This document shows, one piece after another, positions 53,566 through 63,951 of a stretch of DNA of 64,000 nt. Under the pieces are notes generated by a model that was not told the origin of the DNA, did no database searches, and saw only the letters and a list, made by a program, of their open reading frames with translations. The stretch is from Azospirillaceae bacterium (GTDB taxonomy: Bacteria > Pseudomonadota > Alphaproteobacteria > Azospirillales > Azospirillaceae). Location of the stretch: NCBI GenBank assembly GCA_028283825.1, contig JAPWJW010000004.1, positions 2,292-66,291 of the forward strand, written 5' to 3'. Positions within the stretch are counted from its first letter, which is position 1, and every line of letters starts with the position of its first letter. The position numbers and the translations under genes were made by a program.

Positions 53566-56269
53566 TCACATCTTATACCGCACCCCCAATTGGAACGTGC
53601 GATCCGAGCGGTCCGTATCGCGCGGATAGTACGCCGCGTTGGTGAAATAGTTCTGGCTGACGGTGCCGGTCAAATTGTCGATGTCCAGGGTGAAGGTCAG
53701 GCCGGGGATGGCCTCATAGCTGGCGGACAGGCCCAAATCGCCGTAGGGCTTGGACATGATGGTTTGGGGCTGCAGGCCGCCGGCGTTGAAGGCGATGACG
53801 TAGCTGCTGCGCCAGTTGTAGGCCAGGCGGAAGGAGTAGGGCCCGCGCTCGTACATGCCCACCACGTTGAAGGAGTAGCGTGAGACGTTGGCCAGGGCCT
53901 GCTGCACCGGGGTGCCGCCCACGCTGGCCGGTGACATGGTGTAGCTGTCGATGTAGGTGCCGTTGATCTGGGTGCCGATGCCGCGCAGCCAGTCGGGCAG
54001 GAAGTCGTAGAACTGCTGATAGCCCAGTTCCACGCCCTGTAGCATGCCGCTGCCGCTGCTTTCCGGCACGCTGACCAGATAGCTGACGTTGTTCACCGTC
54101 TCCGCCACGCCATAGGTCTGGATGTAACCCTTGATGTCGCGGTGGAACAGGGTGGCGGTGGCGCTGCCGCCGGGGGCGAAGAACCATTCCAGCGCCGTAT
54201 CCACGTTGGTGGACGGTGATGGGCGCCAGGTGGGCGTTGCCGCTGGTGCCGGTGCCGATCAGCGTCGGGCCCGGCGAGTTCAGGCTGAGCGAGGGGTTGA
54301 GGGAGGAGAAGTCGGGGAAGGTCACCGTCTTGCCGGCCGACACGCGGAAGAACAGGGTGTCGGTCAGCCCGATCTTGCCGTTGAAGCTGGGCAGGCCGTT
54401 GAAATAGTCCGGCTTGCTGTTCACGCGCTGCGGCGTGGCCCCGGTGGCGATGGTGCCGGTGCTGTCGGGCACCAGTTCATAGCCGGTGATGCTCTCGTTG
54501 GTGGCGACGAAACGCATGCCGAAATCACCGGTGACGGGGAAGCCCGCCAGGTCGAAGGCGTAGTCGGCCTTCACGTAACCGGCGTAGCTGTCCTGCTGCG
54601 CCTTGAAATACTTGGTGGGGTCGAAGGCCTGTTTGCCCGCCGGCATGTTGAACAGGGCGCGGATCTCATCCGCGTGGCTGAACAGGTAGGATGAGCTGGC
54701 GTTGTACCACTGGGTCACGGCCAGGTCGCGGTCGCCACTGAGGAAGCCCGCCGGCGACAGGGTGCCGAAGCCGGGCAGGCTGGCGGCCGAGATGGCGGAA
54801 CCGGCGGGGGCGGCGATGCCGTTGCCGTTGGTGGCCTGGCTTTCGGCGTCACGGCTGGCCAGGCGGAAACCGGCGGTGACATTGGTCAGGAAGGGCAGGT
54901 GGGTGGCGTAACTGGCGTCGGCACGATAGGCCAGCTCGTTACCCGTCTGGACGACGTAATTGTCGAACAGCTGGTTCAGGTAGTAGTTGGCTGGGTTCTT
55001 CAGGTCCACGCCGCTGATGACGGAATTGGGCGTGCCGTTGCTGAGGAAGTCCACAGAGTATGTCGGCGCGTTGAAGCGCGTGTCGACGATCAGGTCTTCC
55101 TGGGTGTACTTGCTGTGGGTGTAGGCCAGATCGGACGTGATCTTCAGGTTGGCCGTGGGCGTCCACTTGGTGCCGGTGGCGATCTGGACGGTGTTGGTGT
55201 GGTCGCGGTAGGCCTGATCGCTGGTCAGGGTGAAGTTGTTCAGCGAACTCAGGCTGGCGACCTCGTTGGTGCCGGGGATCAGGGTGTAGGATTGCAGGGC
55301 GCCGGCACCGGGGATGCCGATGAAGTATTCCGCCGATTGGTCCAACTGGAAGTCGCTGTCGGAGGCATCGACATAGAATTCCAGGTCGTTGTTGGGCTTC
55401 CACTGGCCGGAGAAGTTGGCGCCGATGCGCTGCCGGTCGCCCAGGTTGGCGATGTCGCCGGTGGTCTGCGGAATCTGGATGGCCTGGCCCGTCGCCGGGT
55501 TGATGGCGGCGTTGGCGATGGAGACGTAGTTGAACGCCGTCTCATCCAGATAGCGCCGCTTTTGATAAGAGACGGAGACCAGGGCGCCGACCTCGCCGAT
55601 GCCGGTGTTCCAGCGGTCGCTGACCAGGACGCTGGCGTTGGGGTCGATGTCGCCGCGCTGGTCGCCGTAGACGCCCCGGGCGCTGCCCGCCACCTCCAGC
55701 CCGTCGAAATCGAACGGCCGGCGCAGGCGGATGTTGATGGTGCCGGCGATGCCGCCCTCCAGCTGTTCCGGCGACAGGGTCTTGAACACGTCCAGGCCGG
55801 AGACCAGCTCGGCCGGGATGTCGGACAGGGCGACCGAGCGGCCGACGCCGGTGAAGATGTCGCGGCCGTCGATCTCCGTCGTCACGTTGGGCAGGCCGCG
55901 CACCAGGACGGAACTGGCCTCACCCGCCGCCCGGGTGATCTGCACGCCGGTGATGCGTTGCAGGGCGTCGCCCACGGTGTTGTCGGGGAACTTGCCGATA
56001 TCCTCCGCCACGATGCTGTCCACGATCTGGGTGGAGTTCATGCGGATTTCCTGGGCGGATTGCAGGCTGGCCCGCATGCCCACCACCACGATCTCGTTCA
56101 GGCCGTCGTCGGTCGTTGGCGCGCCCGCCTGCGCCACGGCGTCGGCCGCGTTGGGGGTGGCGGCCGGTGCCGGCGCGGCTGTCTGCTGCGCCCAGGCGGC
56201 AGGTGACAGGCCGGCGCCCAGCAGGGCGACCATAGCCACGGAATACGGCAGGCGTCGACGGATGCTCAT
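53566..56269 (-). pseudogene. TonB-dependent receptor with frame break near 54214 (or sequencing error)
   Basis: Signal peptide, plug (IVVVGMRAS...DSIVAEDIGKFPDNTVGDALQRITGVQI). The barrel continues in a second frame: ...GNAHLAPIT | STNVDTALEWFFAPGGS... Span is 2704 nt (3n+1). Confidence 0.65.
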
Positions 56270-56435
56270 TATTACCCTCCCATGATTTTTCGGTTTTAAG
56301 GGCGCGCAAAGGGGCGCCCGGCGCCCATACGGGGGCGCCGTGGTTTTGTCAGGCTCGGATTTTCAAGGCATGACTTCAGGTACTGAACGCGAAAACAGGC
56401 GCAGGCGGTACCAGGCGTACTTTTTTACTTAAGGC

Positions 56436-56462
56436 CCGGGCGGGCGTCCCCCGCCCGCCCGG
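56436..56462 (-). terminator. 11-bp GC hairpin just downstream of the arabinofuranosidase stop
   Basis: CCGGGCGGGCG tcccc CGCCCGCCCGG. The flanking run is A-rich on the transcribed strand, so terminator function is uncertain. Confidence 0.4.
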
Positions 56463-56475
56463 ACGGGATGCGTAC

Positions 56476-58050
56476 TTACTTCAGATCAAGCACAACGATG
56501 GACTTGGCCGGCAAGGTCAGGCCCAGGGTTCCCTTGTCCAGGCTGGCGCCGGTGAAGGCGGCCGGCCGGACGGTGTCGGGGTGGTCGAAGGTGTTGACGC
56601 TGTTGATGGCCGGGGCCGTCAGGATGCGGCCCGCCACCGTGCTGGCGGAAATGCCGGGCAGGCTGGCGCGCACGTCAATGACCCGGTGCGGGTCCAGATT
56701 GACCAGGGCCACGTGGACCACGCCCTGGGCGTCGCGCGCCGCCGTGCCGTGGAGCATAGGCACGGTGACGTCGCCCAGCTTGTACTCCGGCGCGTTGAGG
56801 TTCAGGGGCAGGTCGGTGGCGCCCTGGAAACCCTTGTACAGGTCGAAGACATGGTAGGTGGGCGTCAGCACCATGCGCGGGCCGTCGGTCAGGATCATGG
56901 CCTGCAGCACGTTCACCATCTGGGCGACGTTGGCCATGCGCACGCGGTCGGCATGGGCGTGGAAAATGTCCAGGGTGACGGCGGCGACCAGGGCGTCGCG
57001 CAGGCTGTTCTGCTGATAGAGGAAGCCGGGGTTGGTGCCGGGTTCCACATCCGTCCACACGCCCCACTCGTCCACGACAAGGGCGACCTTCTTCTCAGGG
57101 TCGTACTTGTCCATGATGGCGGAATGCTTGGTGACCAGCTCATCCATGTAAAGGGCGCGCGACAGGGTGGAAATCCACTGGTCCTCGCCGAAGGCGGTGG
57201 CACTGCCCTTCTGTTTCCAGACGCCGGTGGGGATGGTGTAGTAATGCAGGCTCAGGCCGTCCATCATCTTGGACACCTCGCGCATCATCACCTCGGTGAA
57301 GTTGTAGTCGCCTTCGTTGGGGCCGCTGGCGATCCTGCCCACCTTCTGGTCGCCGGGCACCTTCACGAAGGACTGGTAGCGGCGGTAGAGGTCGGCGGCG
57401 TATTCGGGCCGCATGTTGCCGCCGCAGCCCCAGACCTCGTTGCCGACGCCGACGTAGCTCAGCTTCCACGGCTGGTCGCGGCCGTTGGCCCGGCGCTCAT
57501 CCGCCAGCGTGGAGTGGGAGGGGGAGGTGATGTACTCCACCCACTGCGCCATGTCGCGGGGCGAGCCGCTGCCCATGTTGCCGGCGATATAGGCGTCGGC
57601 CCCCACCAGTTCGGTGAATTCCATGAATTCGTTGGTGCCGACGGCGTTGTCCTCCTCCACCCCGCCCCAGGTGGTGTTCACCCGCTTGGGCCGTTTGGCG
57701 CGCGGACCGATGCCGTCGCGCCAGTCGTATTCGTCGGCGAAGCAGCCGCCCGGCCAGCGGATCACCGGCACGCGCACCGCCTTCAGCGCCGCGATCACGT
57801 CGTTGCGGAAGCCGTGGGTGTTGGGTATGGATGATTTCTCGCCAACCCAGATGCCGTTATAGATGCCGTGGCCCAGATGCTCGGCGAACTGGCCGTAGAT
57901 GTGCCGGTCGATCACGGCGCCCGGCTGGTCGCCATGGACGGCGACGGTGGCCGTTACGTCGGCCGCGGCGGCGGGCAGGGCCCCCAAGGCCGTGGCCAGA
58001 CCCGTCAGCAGCACCGGCAGCGAACGCGCGAAGGTATGCAAATGCTTCAC
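56476..58050 (-). CDS. abfA: Alpha-L-arabinofuranosidase (GH51), secreted
   Basis: [30 protein letters not shown] (acid/base Glu) and VDEWGVW (nucleophile Glu) blocks. GTG 58050 with GGGAGG RBS and signal peptide. Confidence 0.8.
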   Translation of the reverse strand: MKHLHTFARSLPVLLTGLATALGALPAAAADVTATVAVHGDQPGAVIDRHIYGQFAEHLGHGIYNGIWVGEKSSIPNTHGFRNDVIAALKAVRVPVIRWPGGCFADEYDWRDGIGPRAKRPKRVNTTWGGVEEDNAVGTNEFMEFTELVGADAYIAGNMGSGSPRDMAQWVEYITSPSHSTLADERRANGRDQPWKLSYVGVGNEVWGCGGNMRPEYAADLYRRYQSFVKVPGDQKVGRIASGPNEGDYNFTEVMMREVSKMMDGLSLHYYTIPTGVWKQKGSATAFGEDQWISTLSRALYMDELVTKHSAIMDKYDPEKKVALVVDEWGVWTDVEPGTNPGFLYQQNSLRDALVAAVTLDIFHAHADRVRMANVAQMVNVLQAMILTDGPRMVLTPTYHVFDLYKGFQGATDLPLNLNAPEYKLGDVTVPMLHGTAARDAQGVVHVALVNLDPHRVIDVRASLPGISASTVAGRILTAPAINSVNTFDHPDTVRPAAFTGASLDKGTLGLTLPAKSIVVLDLK

Positions 58051-58164
58051 CCTTGCCTCCCTAGGGTGCCAGTCCTCGATCATGGGTGAGGGCGCGGTGC
58101 GTTGGCCCTGTACGATGATCGTTTAACCGGTCACCTAATCCTGGCCCTGGGCCAGTGGCTTTGT

Positions 58165-58182
58165 TATTTTGTCAGAGTAATA
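58165..58182. promoter_or_regulatory. Operator-like motif copy 1 (abfA / gntR divergent region)
   Basis: TATTTTGTCAGAGTAATA shares the TTGTCWGAGTA core with 59165 and 62727. Confidence 0.5.
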
Positions 58183-58319
58183 GGAAACTCCGATCCGGAG
58201 GCAAGCGTTTTTAGCATTCAAAAATGCAAGCGCTTGCGCGATGGTGTCGCAGGGGAATGCGAGAAATTCCAGAAGTGCTTCATTTATATGGTTAATTACG
58301 GAATCCCGAAGGAGGAGCC

Positions 58320-59123
58320 GTGAGCACAAAAAAAACGAACGGGGGGGTTGCGAAGACGTCGCCAACCACCCCCAAGGGAGGTGGGGCGGTGGCTGCCAAG
58401 GCGTCCGGCAAGGAACGAATCCATGGCACCATCGCCCATAAACTCGGGGTACTGATCATTTCCGGGCACTATCAGCCCGGTCAATTGCTGGACAATGAGG
58501 TGACGTTCAGCGAGCAACTGGCGGTATCGCGCAGCGCCTATCGTGAGGCCATGCGCACCCTGACGGCCAAGGGGCTGGTGGAAAGCCGGCCCAAGACCGG
58601 CACGCGGGTGAGCGACCGCGGCCGCTGGCACCTGCTGGATCCGGAGGTGCTGGCCTGGTTCTTCGAGGCCCGGCCCAGCCTGGATTTCATCCGTGGCCTG
58701 TTCGAACTGCGCATGCTGGTGGAGCCGGAGGCGGCCGCCCTGGCGGCGGCGCGGCGCCAGTCGGAAGACCTGTCCCGCATGCGCAAGGCCCTGCAACGCA
58801 TGGAGAAATTTACCCTGGCGGTGGAGGAGGGGCGCCTGGCCGACCGGGACTTCCACGACGCCCTGCTGGAGGCGACGCGCAACCCCCTGCTGATCGCGCT
58901 GTCCAGCAGCATCGGTGCCGCCGTGCAGTGGACTACCATCTATAAACAGCGCCATCGCTCCCTGCCCCGCGACCCGGTGCCGGACCACTGGCGGGTGTTC
59001 GACGCCATCGCCGTGGGCAGCGCCGATGAGGCCCGCGCCAGCATGCAGGCCCTGGTGGAACTGGCCCACCGGGACACCGATTTGTCCCTGGAAGATCCCA
59101 CCCCTGGCAGCCCTGCGACGTAA
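58320..59123 (+). CDS. GntR/FadR-family transcriptional regulator
   Basis: SEQLAVSRSAYREAMRTLTAKGLVESRPKTGTRV HTH plus FCD domain (LFELRMLVEPEAAALAA). Confidence 0.8.
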   Translation: MSTKKTNGGVAKTSPTTPKGGGAVAAKASGKERIHGTIAHKLGVLIISGHYQPGQLLDNEVTFSEQLAVSRSAYREAMRTLTAKGLVESRPKTGTRVSDRGRWHLLDPEVLAWFFEARPSLDFIRGLFELRMLVEPEAAALAAARRQSEDLSRMRKALQRMEKFTLAVEEGRLADRDFHDALLEATRNPLLIALSSSIGAAVQWTTIYKQRHRSLPRDPVPDHWRVFDAIAVGSADEARASMQALVELAHRDTDLSLEDPTPGSPAT

Positions 59124-59164
59124 GGGGTGCAGAAAAGCGTTTGATCTGGTTTTGGCTGATTCCC

Positions 59165-59182
59165 TATATTGTCTGAGTAAAT
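59165..59182. promoter_or_regulatory. Operator-like motif copy 2 (upstream of the gguC/araD1-like operon)
   Basis: TATATTGTCTGAGTAAAT. Confidence 0.5.
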
Positions 59183-59260
59183 GCCGGCCGCACCGGAATC
59201 GTGTCCGGCGGCCGCATCCGCATGAGAGATAACAACGACCGTTGGTCGGGAGGAGAAGCG

Positions 59261-60247
59261 ATGTCCGCAAGTCTGGTGCAATTGCGTGCCGAGGATGGCA
59301 CCCGTCTGGTCGCCCTGGTGAACGCCGACGGCGCGCACCGCGTCCTGGGCGTGGACAGCACCTATGCCCTGGCCCGCCAGGCGATCGCGCAAGGCAAGAC
59401 CCTGTTGCAGACCGTCGAGGCGCTGGGCCTGGGTGAGGCGGTGGACGTGGCGGCCGCCCTGGCGGCGGGCCGTGTGCTGGCCCCCATCGACCATCCCGAT
59501 TCCGCGCATCTGGTGCTGGCCGGCACCGGCCTGACCCATCTGGGCTCCGCCGAGGGTCGCGACGCCATGCACAAGGCCGCCGCTTCCGGCACCACCGATT
59601 CCATGCGCATGTTCAAGATGGGCCTGGACGGCGGCAAGCCGCCCAAGGGTGAGGTCGGCGTGCAGCCGGAATGGTTCTACAAGGGTGACGGCGGCTCCGT
59701 CATCCCGTCGGGTGCCGCCATCCCGTCGCCCGCCTTCGCCCTGGACGGGGGGGAGGAGCCGGAACTGGCCGGCATCTACATCATCGGCGATGACGGCGTG
59801 CCCTATCGCCTGGGCCACAGCCTGGCCAATGAGTTCTCCGACCATGTGACGGAGCGCGGCAACTATCTGTGGCTGGCCCATTCCAAGCTGCGCAACGCCG
59901 CCCTGGGTGCGGAACTGCTGCTGGGCGATCTGCCGCAGAAGGTGGAAGGCACCAGCCGCATCCTGCGCGACGGCAAGACGCTGTGGGAGAAGCCCTTCCT
60001 GTCGGGTGAGGGCAACATGTCCCACAGCCTGGACAATCTGGAACACCACCACTTCAAGTACGCGCAGTTCCGCCGGCCGGGCGATGTGCACGTCCACTTC
60101 TTCGGCACCGCCACCCTGTCGGTGTCCGACGGCATCAAGACCCAGGAAGGCGATGTGTTTGAAATTTCGGCCGCGCCCTTCCGTTTCCCCTTGAGCAACC
60201 GCCTGACGGTGGCCGCGGCCGAAACGGTCGTGGTGCGCGCGCTGTGA
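59261..60247 (+). CDS. GguC/AraD1-family FAH-fold protein (L-arabinose oxidative pathway-associated)
   Basis: PIDHPDSAHLVLAGTGLTHLGSAEGRDAMH, GVQPEWFYKGDG, NEFSDHVTERGNYLWLAHSKLR and NLEHHHFKY blocks. ATG 59261 with GGGAGGAG RBS. Confidence 0.7.
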   Translation: MSASLVQLRAEDGTRLVALVNADGAHRVLGVDSTYALARQAIAQGKTLLQTVEALGLGEAVDVAAALAAGRVLAPIDHPDSAHLVLAGTGLTHLGSAEGRDAMHKAAASGTTDSMRMFKMGLDGGKPPKGEVGVQPEWFYKGDGGSVIPSGAAIPSPAFALDGGEEPELAGIYIIGDDGVPYRLGHSLANEFSDHVTERGNYLWLAHSKLRNAALGAELLLGDLPQKVEGTSRILRDGKTLWEKPFLSGEGNMSHSLDNLEHHHFKYAQFRRPGDVHVHFFGTATLSVSDGIKTQEGDVFEISAAPFRFPLSNRLTVAAAETVVVRAL

Positions 60248-61179
60248 CGGGCGCGTCACCGGTGATCCTGGGGCTGGTCGGCGTCGGCAAGATCGCGCGC
60301 GACCAGCACCTGCCGGCCATCGCCGCCGACGGCCGCTTCCGGCTTCAGGCGGTGGCCAGCCGGCACGCCACCGTGGACGGCGTGCCCAGCTATCACGACA
60401 TCGGCCAGATGCTGGATGCGGAGGGGGATATCACCGCTGTCTCCCTCTGCACCCCGCCGCAGGGGCGCCACGACCTGGCGCGCCAGGCGCTGGAACGCGG
60501 CTGCCACGTCATGCTGGAAAAGCCGCCGGGCGCTACCCTGGCGGAGATCGACGATCTGCGCCATGCGGCGGAGCGGGCCGGCCGCACCCTGTTCGCCACC
60601 TGGCACTCCCGCTTCGCGCCCGCCGTGGAACCGGCGCGGGCCTGGCTGGCCGACAAGACGCTGCGGTCCGTGAAGGTGGATTGGCGCGAGGACGTGCGCC
60701 ATTGGCACCCCGGCCAGGAATGGATTTGGGAGCCCGGTGGCCTGGGCGTGTTCGACCCCGGCATTAACGCCCTGTCCATCCTGACCCGCCTGCTGCCGCG
60801 CCCGGTGTTCGTGGACCAGGCGGTGCTGCGTTTCCCCAGCAACCGTCAGACCCCGGTCGCCGCCGACCTGAAGCTGCGGGATGAGGGCGGCCTGCCCATC
60901 ACCGTCGGGTTCGACTGGCTGCAAACCGGCCCGCAGACCTGGAACATCGAGGTCGAGACCGACCCCGGCACCCTGCTGCTGACCCACGGCGGCGCCCGCC
61001 TGTACCGGGATGGGCAAGAGGTGCTGAACGAGAAGGAGGCGGAATATCCCCGCCTGTACGACCGTTTCGCCCGCCTGATCGCCGAAGGCCGGTCGGACGT
61101 GGACATCAGCCCCCTGCGCCTGGTGTCCGACGCCTTCCTCAGCGGCCGGCGCGAGTTGGTGGAAGAGTTTTATTTTTGA
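60244..61179 (+). CDS. L-arabinose/D-galactose 1-dehydrogenase (Gfo/Idh/MocA family)
   Basis: LVGVGKIARDQHLPAI, HVMLEKPPGATL, WHPGQEWIWEPGGLGVFDPGINALSI and DVDISPLRLVSDAFL closely recall the Azospirillum-type L-arabinose 1-dehydrogenase. Confidence 0.75.
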   Translation: MTGASPVILGLVGVGKIARDQHLPAIAADGRFRLQAVASRHATVDGVPSYHDIGQMLDAEGDITAVSLCTPPQGRHDLARQALERGCHVMLEKPPGATLAEIDDLRHAAERAGRTLFATWHSRFAPAVEPARAWLADKTLRSVKVDWREDVRHWHPGQEWIWEPGGLGVFDPGINALSILTRLLPRPVFVDQAVLRFPSNRQTPVAADLKLRDEGGLPITVGFDWLQTGPQTWNIEVETDPGTLLLTHGGARLYRDGQEVLNEKEAEYPRLYDRFARLIAEGRSDVDISPLRLVSDAFLSGRRELVEEFYF

Positions 61180-61197
61180 GGGATGTAGGGAAAATGG

Positions 61198-61245
61198 AAC
61201 GGGGGCCGGCAGCGATGCCGGCCCCCGTTTCGTTTGCGCTTTTGT
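61198..61245 (+). terminator. Rho-independent terminator after the dehydrogenase gene
   Basis: AACGGGGGCCGGC agcgat GCCGGCCCCCGTT followed by TCGTTTGCGCTTTTG. Confidence 0.75.
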
Positions 61246-61351
61246 ATTTTCTAGGCCGCGACCGCGGCCGCCGCAGCATTCCGGGGAACGCAGTGGACTG
61301 GAATGCGAGGAAGGCAAGCCGGCGGATGCCGGCGCCCGCCGACTGAGGGCA

Positions 61352-62668
61352 TTAATCCAAAGTGCTCAATGTCTCGTCACCGGCGTCGTGGGTGGGGCGG
61401 CTGCCCCACAGGGCGTAGAACAGGACGTAGAGATAGCAGGCGGCCGGCAGGGCGAAGGACAGTTGCAGGCCGATGCGGTCGGCCAGGAAGCCCTGGCCCG
61501 CCGCCAGCGCGCCGCCGGCGATGGCCATGATCAGCAGGCCGGAGCCTTCCTCCGTCAGCGGGCCCAGGCCCTTGATGCCCAGGGTGAAGATGGTGGGGAA
61601 CATGATGGAATGGCAGAGGCCCACCAGGATGATGGTCCACATGGCCAGGGACCCGCCGGTGGCGATGGAGGTGGCGGTCAGGATGAAGGCGGCGACGCTG
61701 ACGGCGGCCAGCATCATCTGCGGCCGGATCCAGCGCATGGCGAAGCTGCCGACGAAACGCCCCACCATGGCCCCGCCCCAGAACAGCGAGACATAACCGG
61801 CGGCGTCGGCATGGCTGAGGTTGCCGATGTTGGGCAGCGACAGATAGTTCACCAGCATGCTGCCGATGCCGATCTCCGCGATCAGGTAGATGAAGATGGC
61901 CGGCACGCCGAACACCAGGTTGCGGTGCCGCCACAGGCTTTCCTTCGCCCGCTCCTTGGCGGCGACGCGCCGGGCGTTGCCGCCCAGATCCGGCAGCTTG
62001 AAGCGCCAGATGATAACGGCCAGGCCCAGCAGGATCAGGGTGATCAGGACGTAGGGCAGTTGCACCGCGTGGGCGTCGGCCAGGCGCTGGGCGTCGGTCA
62101 GGGCGCTTTCGGTGCCGCCGGTGGCGTTGCCCGAGGTGCTGCGGTTGAAGATCAGGATGCCGCCGAACAGCGGCGCCACCGTGGTGCCCAGGGAGTTGAA
62201 GGCCTGCACCAGGTTCAGCCGGCTGGAGGCGCTTTCGGCCGGGCCGATGACGGCGACATAGGGGTTGGCCGCCACCTGCAGCAGGGTGATGCCGGACGCC
62301 AGCACGAACAGCGCCACCAGGAAGATGGGGAAGGACGGCAATGCCGCCGCCGGCACGAACATCAGCGAGCCCAGCGCCATCACGCCGAGCCCGGCGACGA
62401 CGGACCGCTTGTAGCCCACCCGTTCCAGTACCTTGGCGCTGGGCAGCGACATGACGAAGTAGGCCAGGAAAAAGATGAACTGGATCAGCAGGGACTGGCC
62501 ATAGCTGAGGTCGAACACCGAGCGCAGGTGCGGCACCAGGATGTCGTTCAGGACGGTCGCGAAACCCCACATGAAGAAGATGCTGGCCAGCACCGCCAGG
62601 GCGCGTCCGTAGCTGCGCACCGGGCCTGATGCCACCGGGGCGCCAACGCCCGTGATACCGGCTGCCAT
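61352..62668 (-). CDS. MFS sugar transporter (FucP / glucose-galactose GluP family)
   Basis: FFMWGFATVLNDILVPHLRSVFDLSYGQSLLIQFIFFLAYF is the FucP/GluP N-terminal signature. 12-TM-like hydrophobicity. Confidence 0.8.
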   Translation of the reverse strand: MAAGITGVGAPVASGPVRSYGRALAVLASIFFMWGFATVLNDILVPHLRSVFDLSYGQSLLIQFIFFLAYFVMSLPSAKVLERVGYKRSVVAGLGVMALGSLMFVPAAALPSFPIFLVALFVLASGITLLQVAANPYVAVIGPAESASSRLNLVQAFNSLGTTVAPLFGGILIFNRSTSGNATGGTESALTDAQRLADAHAVQLPYVLITLILLGLAVIIWRFKLPDLGGNARRVAAKERAKESLWRHRNLVFGVPAIFIYLIAEIGIGSMLVNYLSLPNIGNLSHADAAGYVSLFWGGAMVGRFVGSFAMRWIRPQMMLAAVSVAAFILTATSIATGGSLAMWTIILVGLCHSIMFPTIFTLGIKGLGPLTEEGSGLLIMAIAGGALAAGQGFLADRIGLQLSFALPAACYLYVLFYALWGSRPTHDAGDETLSTLD

Positions 62669-62726
62669 CGTCTTTTATCCTCCCAGAATTTTTATTTGCC
62701 GCCTTGCATACCCGGATGATCCAGGG

Positions 62727-62744
62727 TTATTTGTCTGAGTATTA
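62727..62744. promoter_or_regulatory. Operator-like motif copy 3 (MFS / mutarotase divergent region)
   Basis: TTATTTGTCTGAGTATTA. Confidence 0.5.
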
Positions 62745-62802
62745 CGAGGCTGGGGCGGGTGTCAACCGCCTAATCAGCCGACGATAAATGGGAGGATAAC
62801 GA

Positions 62803-63951
62803 ATGAAGGTGTGGACGGGTGTGACCATTGTGGTCGCAGCACTGGCCCAGGCGGCCGTCGCCAACGCCGCCGATGCCCGGCGCGAGGCGTTCGGAACCAT
62901 GAACGACGGTGGCAAACCGGCCCCGGTCGAGTCCGTGGTGCTGAGCAACGGCCACGGTGTCAGCGCCCGCGTGCTGGCCTATGGCGCCACCTTGCAGTCG
63001 CTGGTGGTGCCCGGCCGTGATGGCCAGGGTGCCGACGTGGTGCTGGCCTACCCCGATGTCGCCGGCTATCAGGCGCACCCCAAATATTTCGGTGCCACCG
63101 TCGGCCGTTACGCCAACCGCATCAAGGAAGGTCGTTTCACCCTGGACGGCAAGGCCTATCAGCTGGCCACCAATGACGGACCCAACGCGCTGCACGGCGG
63201 CCGCCAGGGGTACGACAAGGTGCTATGGACCATCACCGAGGTGAAGAGCGGCCCCGCCGCCAGCGTCACCCTGACCCACACCAGCCCTGATGGGGATGAG
63301 GGTTATCCCGGCGCCCTGACGGTGCAGGTGACCTACAGCCTGGATGAGAAGAACGACCTGACCATCCGCTACAAGGCCACGACCGACAAGCCGACGGTGC
63401 TGAACCTGACCAACCACAGCCTGTTCAACATGGCGGGTGCGGCGTCGGGCCACACCGTGCTGGAACAGAAGCTGACCGTCGCGGCCGCGAACTACAGCCC
63501 CGTCAGCCCCACCCTGATCCCTGACGGTGGGGCCAAGCCGGTGGAGGGCACGCCCTTCGACTTCCGCACACCCCACCTGATTGGTGAGCGCATCCACGAC
63601 GGCCGCGACCCGCAGTTGCTGATCACCCAGGGCTATGACCACAACTATGTTCTGGATGGCGGCGTGACGGCGGAGCCGCGGTTGGCCGCCCGGTTCGAGG
63701 ATCCGGCATCCGGCCGCGTCATGGAAATCCTGACCACCGAGCCGGGCTTGCAGGTCTATTCCGGCAACTTCCTGAACGGCGACGTCGCCGGCGTGGGCGG
63801 CTACATCTACCGCCAGTCCGATGGCCTGGCGCTGGAGCCGCAGCACTTCCCCGACAGCCCCAACCGCCCCGACTTCCCCACCACCCGCCTCAACCCCGGC
63901 CAGACCTACACCCAGGTCTCCATCTACCGCTTCTCCACCACTGCAAAGTAA
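62803..63951 (+). CDS. galM: Aldose 1-epimerase (galactose mutarotase), with signal peptide
   Basis: FGATVGRYANRIKEGRFTLDGKAYQLATNDGPNALHGG, GYPGAL, TNHSLFN and LALEPQHFPDSPN blocks. Confidence 0.8.
   Translation: MKVWTGVTIVVAALAQAAVANAADARREAFGTMNDGGKPAPVESVVLSNGHGVSARVLAYGATLQSLVVPGRDGQGADVVLAYPDVAGYQAHPKYFGATVGRYANRIKEGRFTLDGKAYQLATNDGPNALHGGRQGYDKVLWTITEVKSGPAASVTLTHTSPDGDEGYPGALTVQVTYSLDEKNDLTIRYKATTDKPTVLNLTNHSLFNMAGAASGHTVLEQKLTVAAANYSPVSPTLIPDGGAKPVEGTPFDFRTPHLIGERIHDGRDPQLLITQGYDHNYVLDGGVTAEPRLAARFEDPASGRVMEILTTEPGLQVYSGNFLNGDVAGVGGYIYRQSDGLALEPQHFPDSPNRPDFPTTRLNPGQTYTQVSIYRFSTTAK

Noticed and set aside
56341-56360. TTTTGTCAGGCTCGG upstream of the TonB receptor resembling half of the TTGTCWGAGTA operator
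   Set aside because: Only the left half matches, which is insufficient to call a fourth operator.
61377-62629. Alternative-frame ORFs (61377-62570 minus, 61388-62629 plus) within the MFS transporter gene
   Set aside because: Arg/Pro/Gly-rich shadow frames. The 61352-62668 frame has the FucP/GluP signature and TM periodicity.
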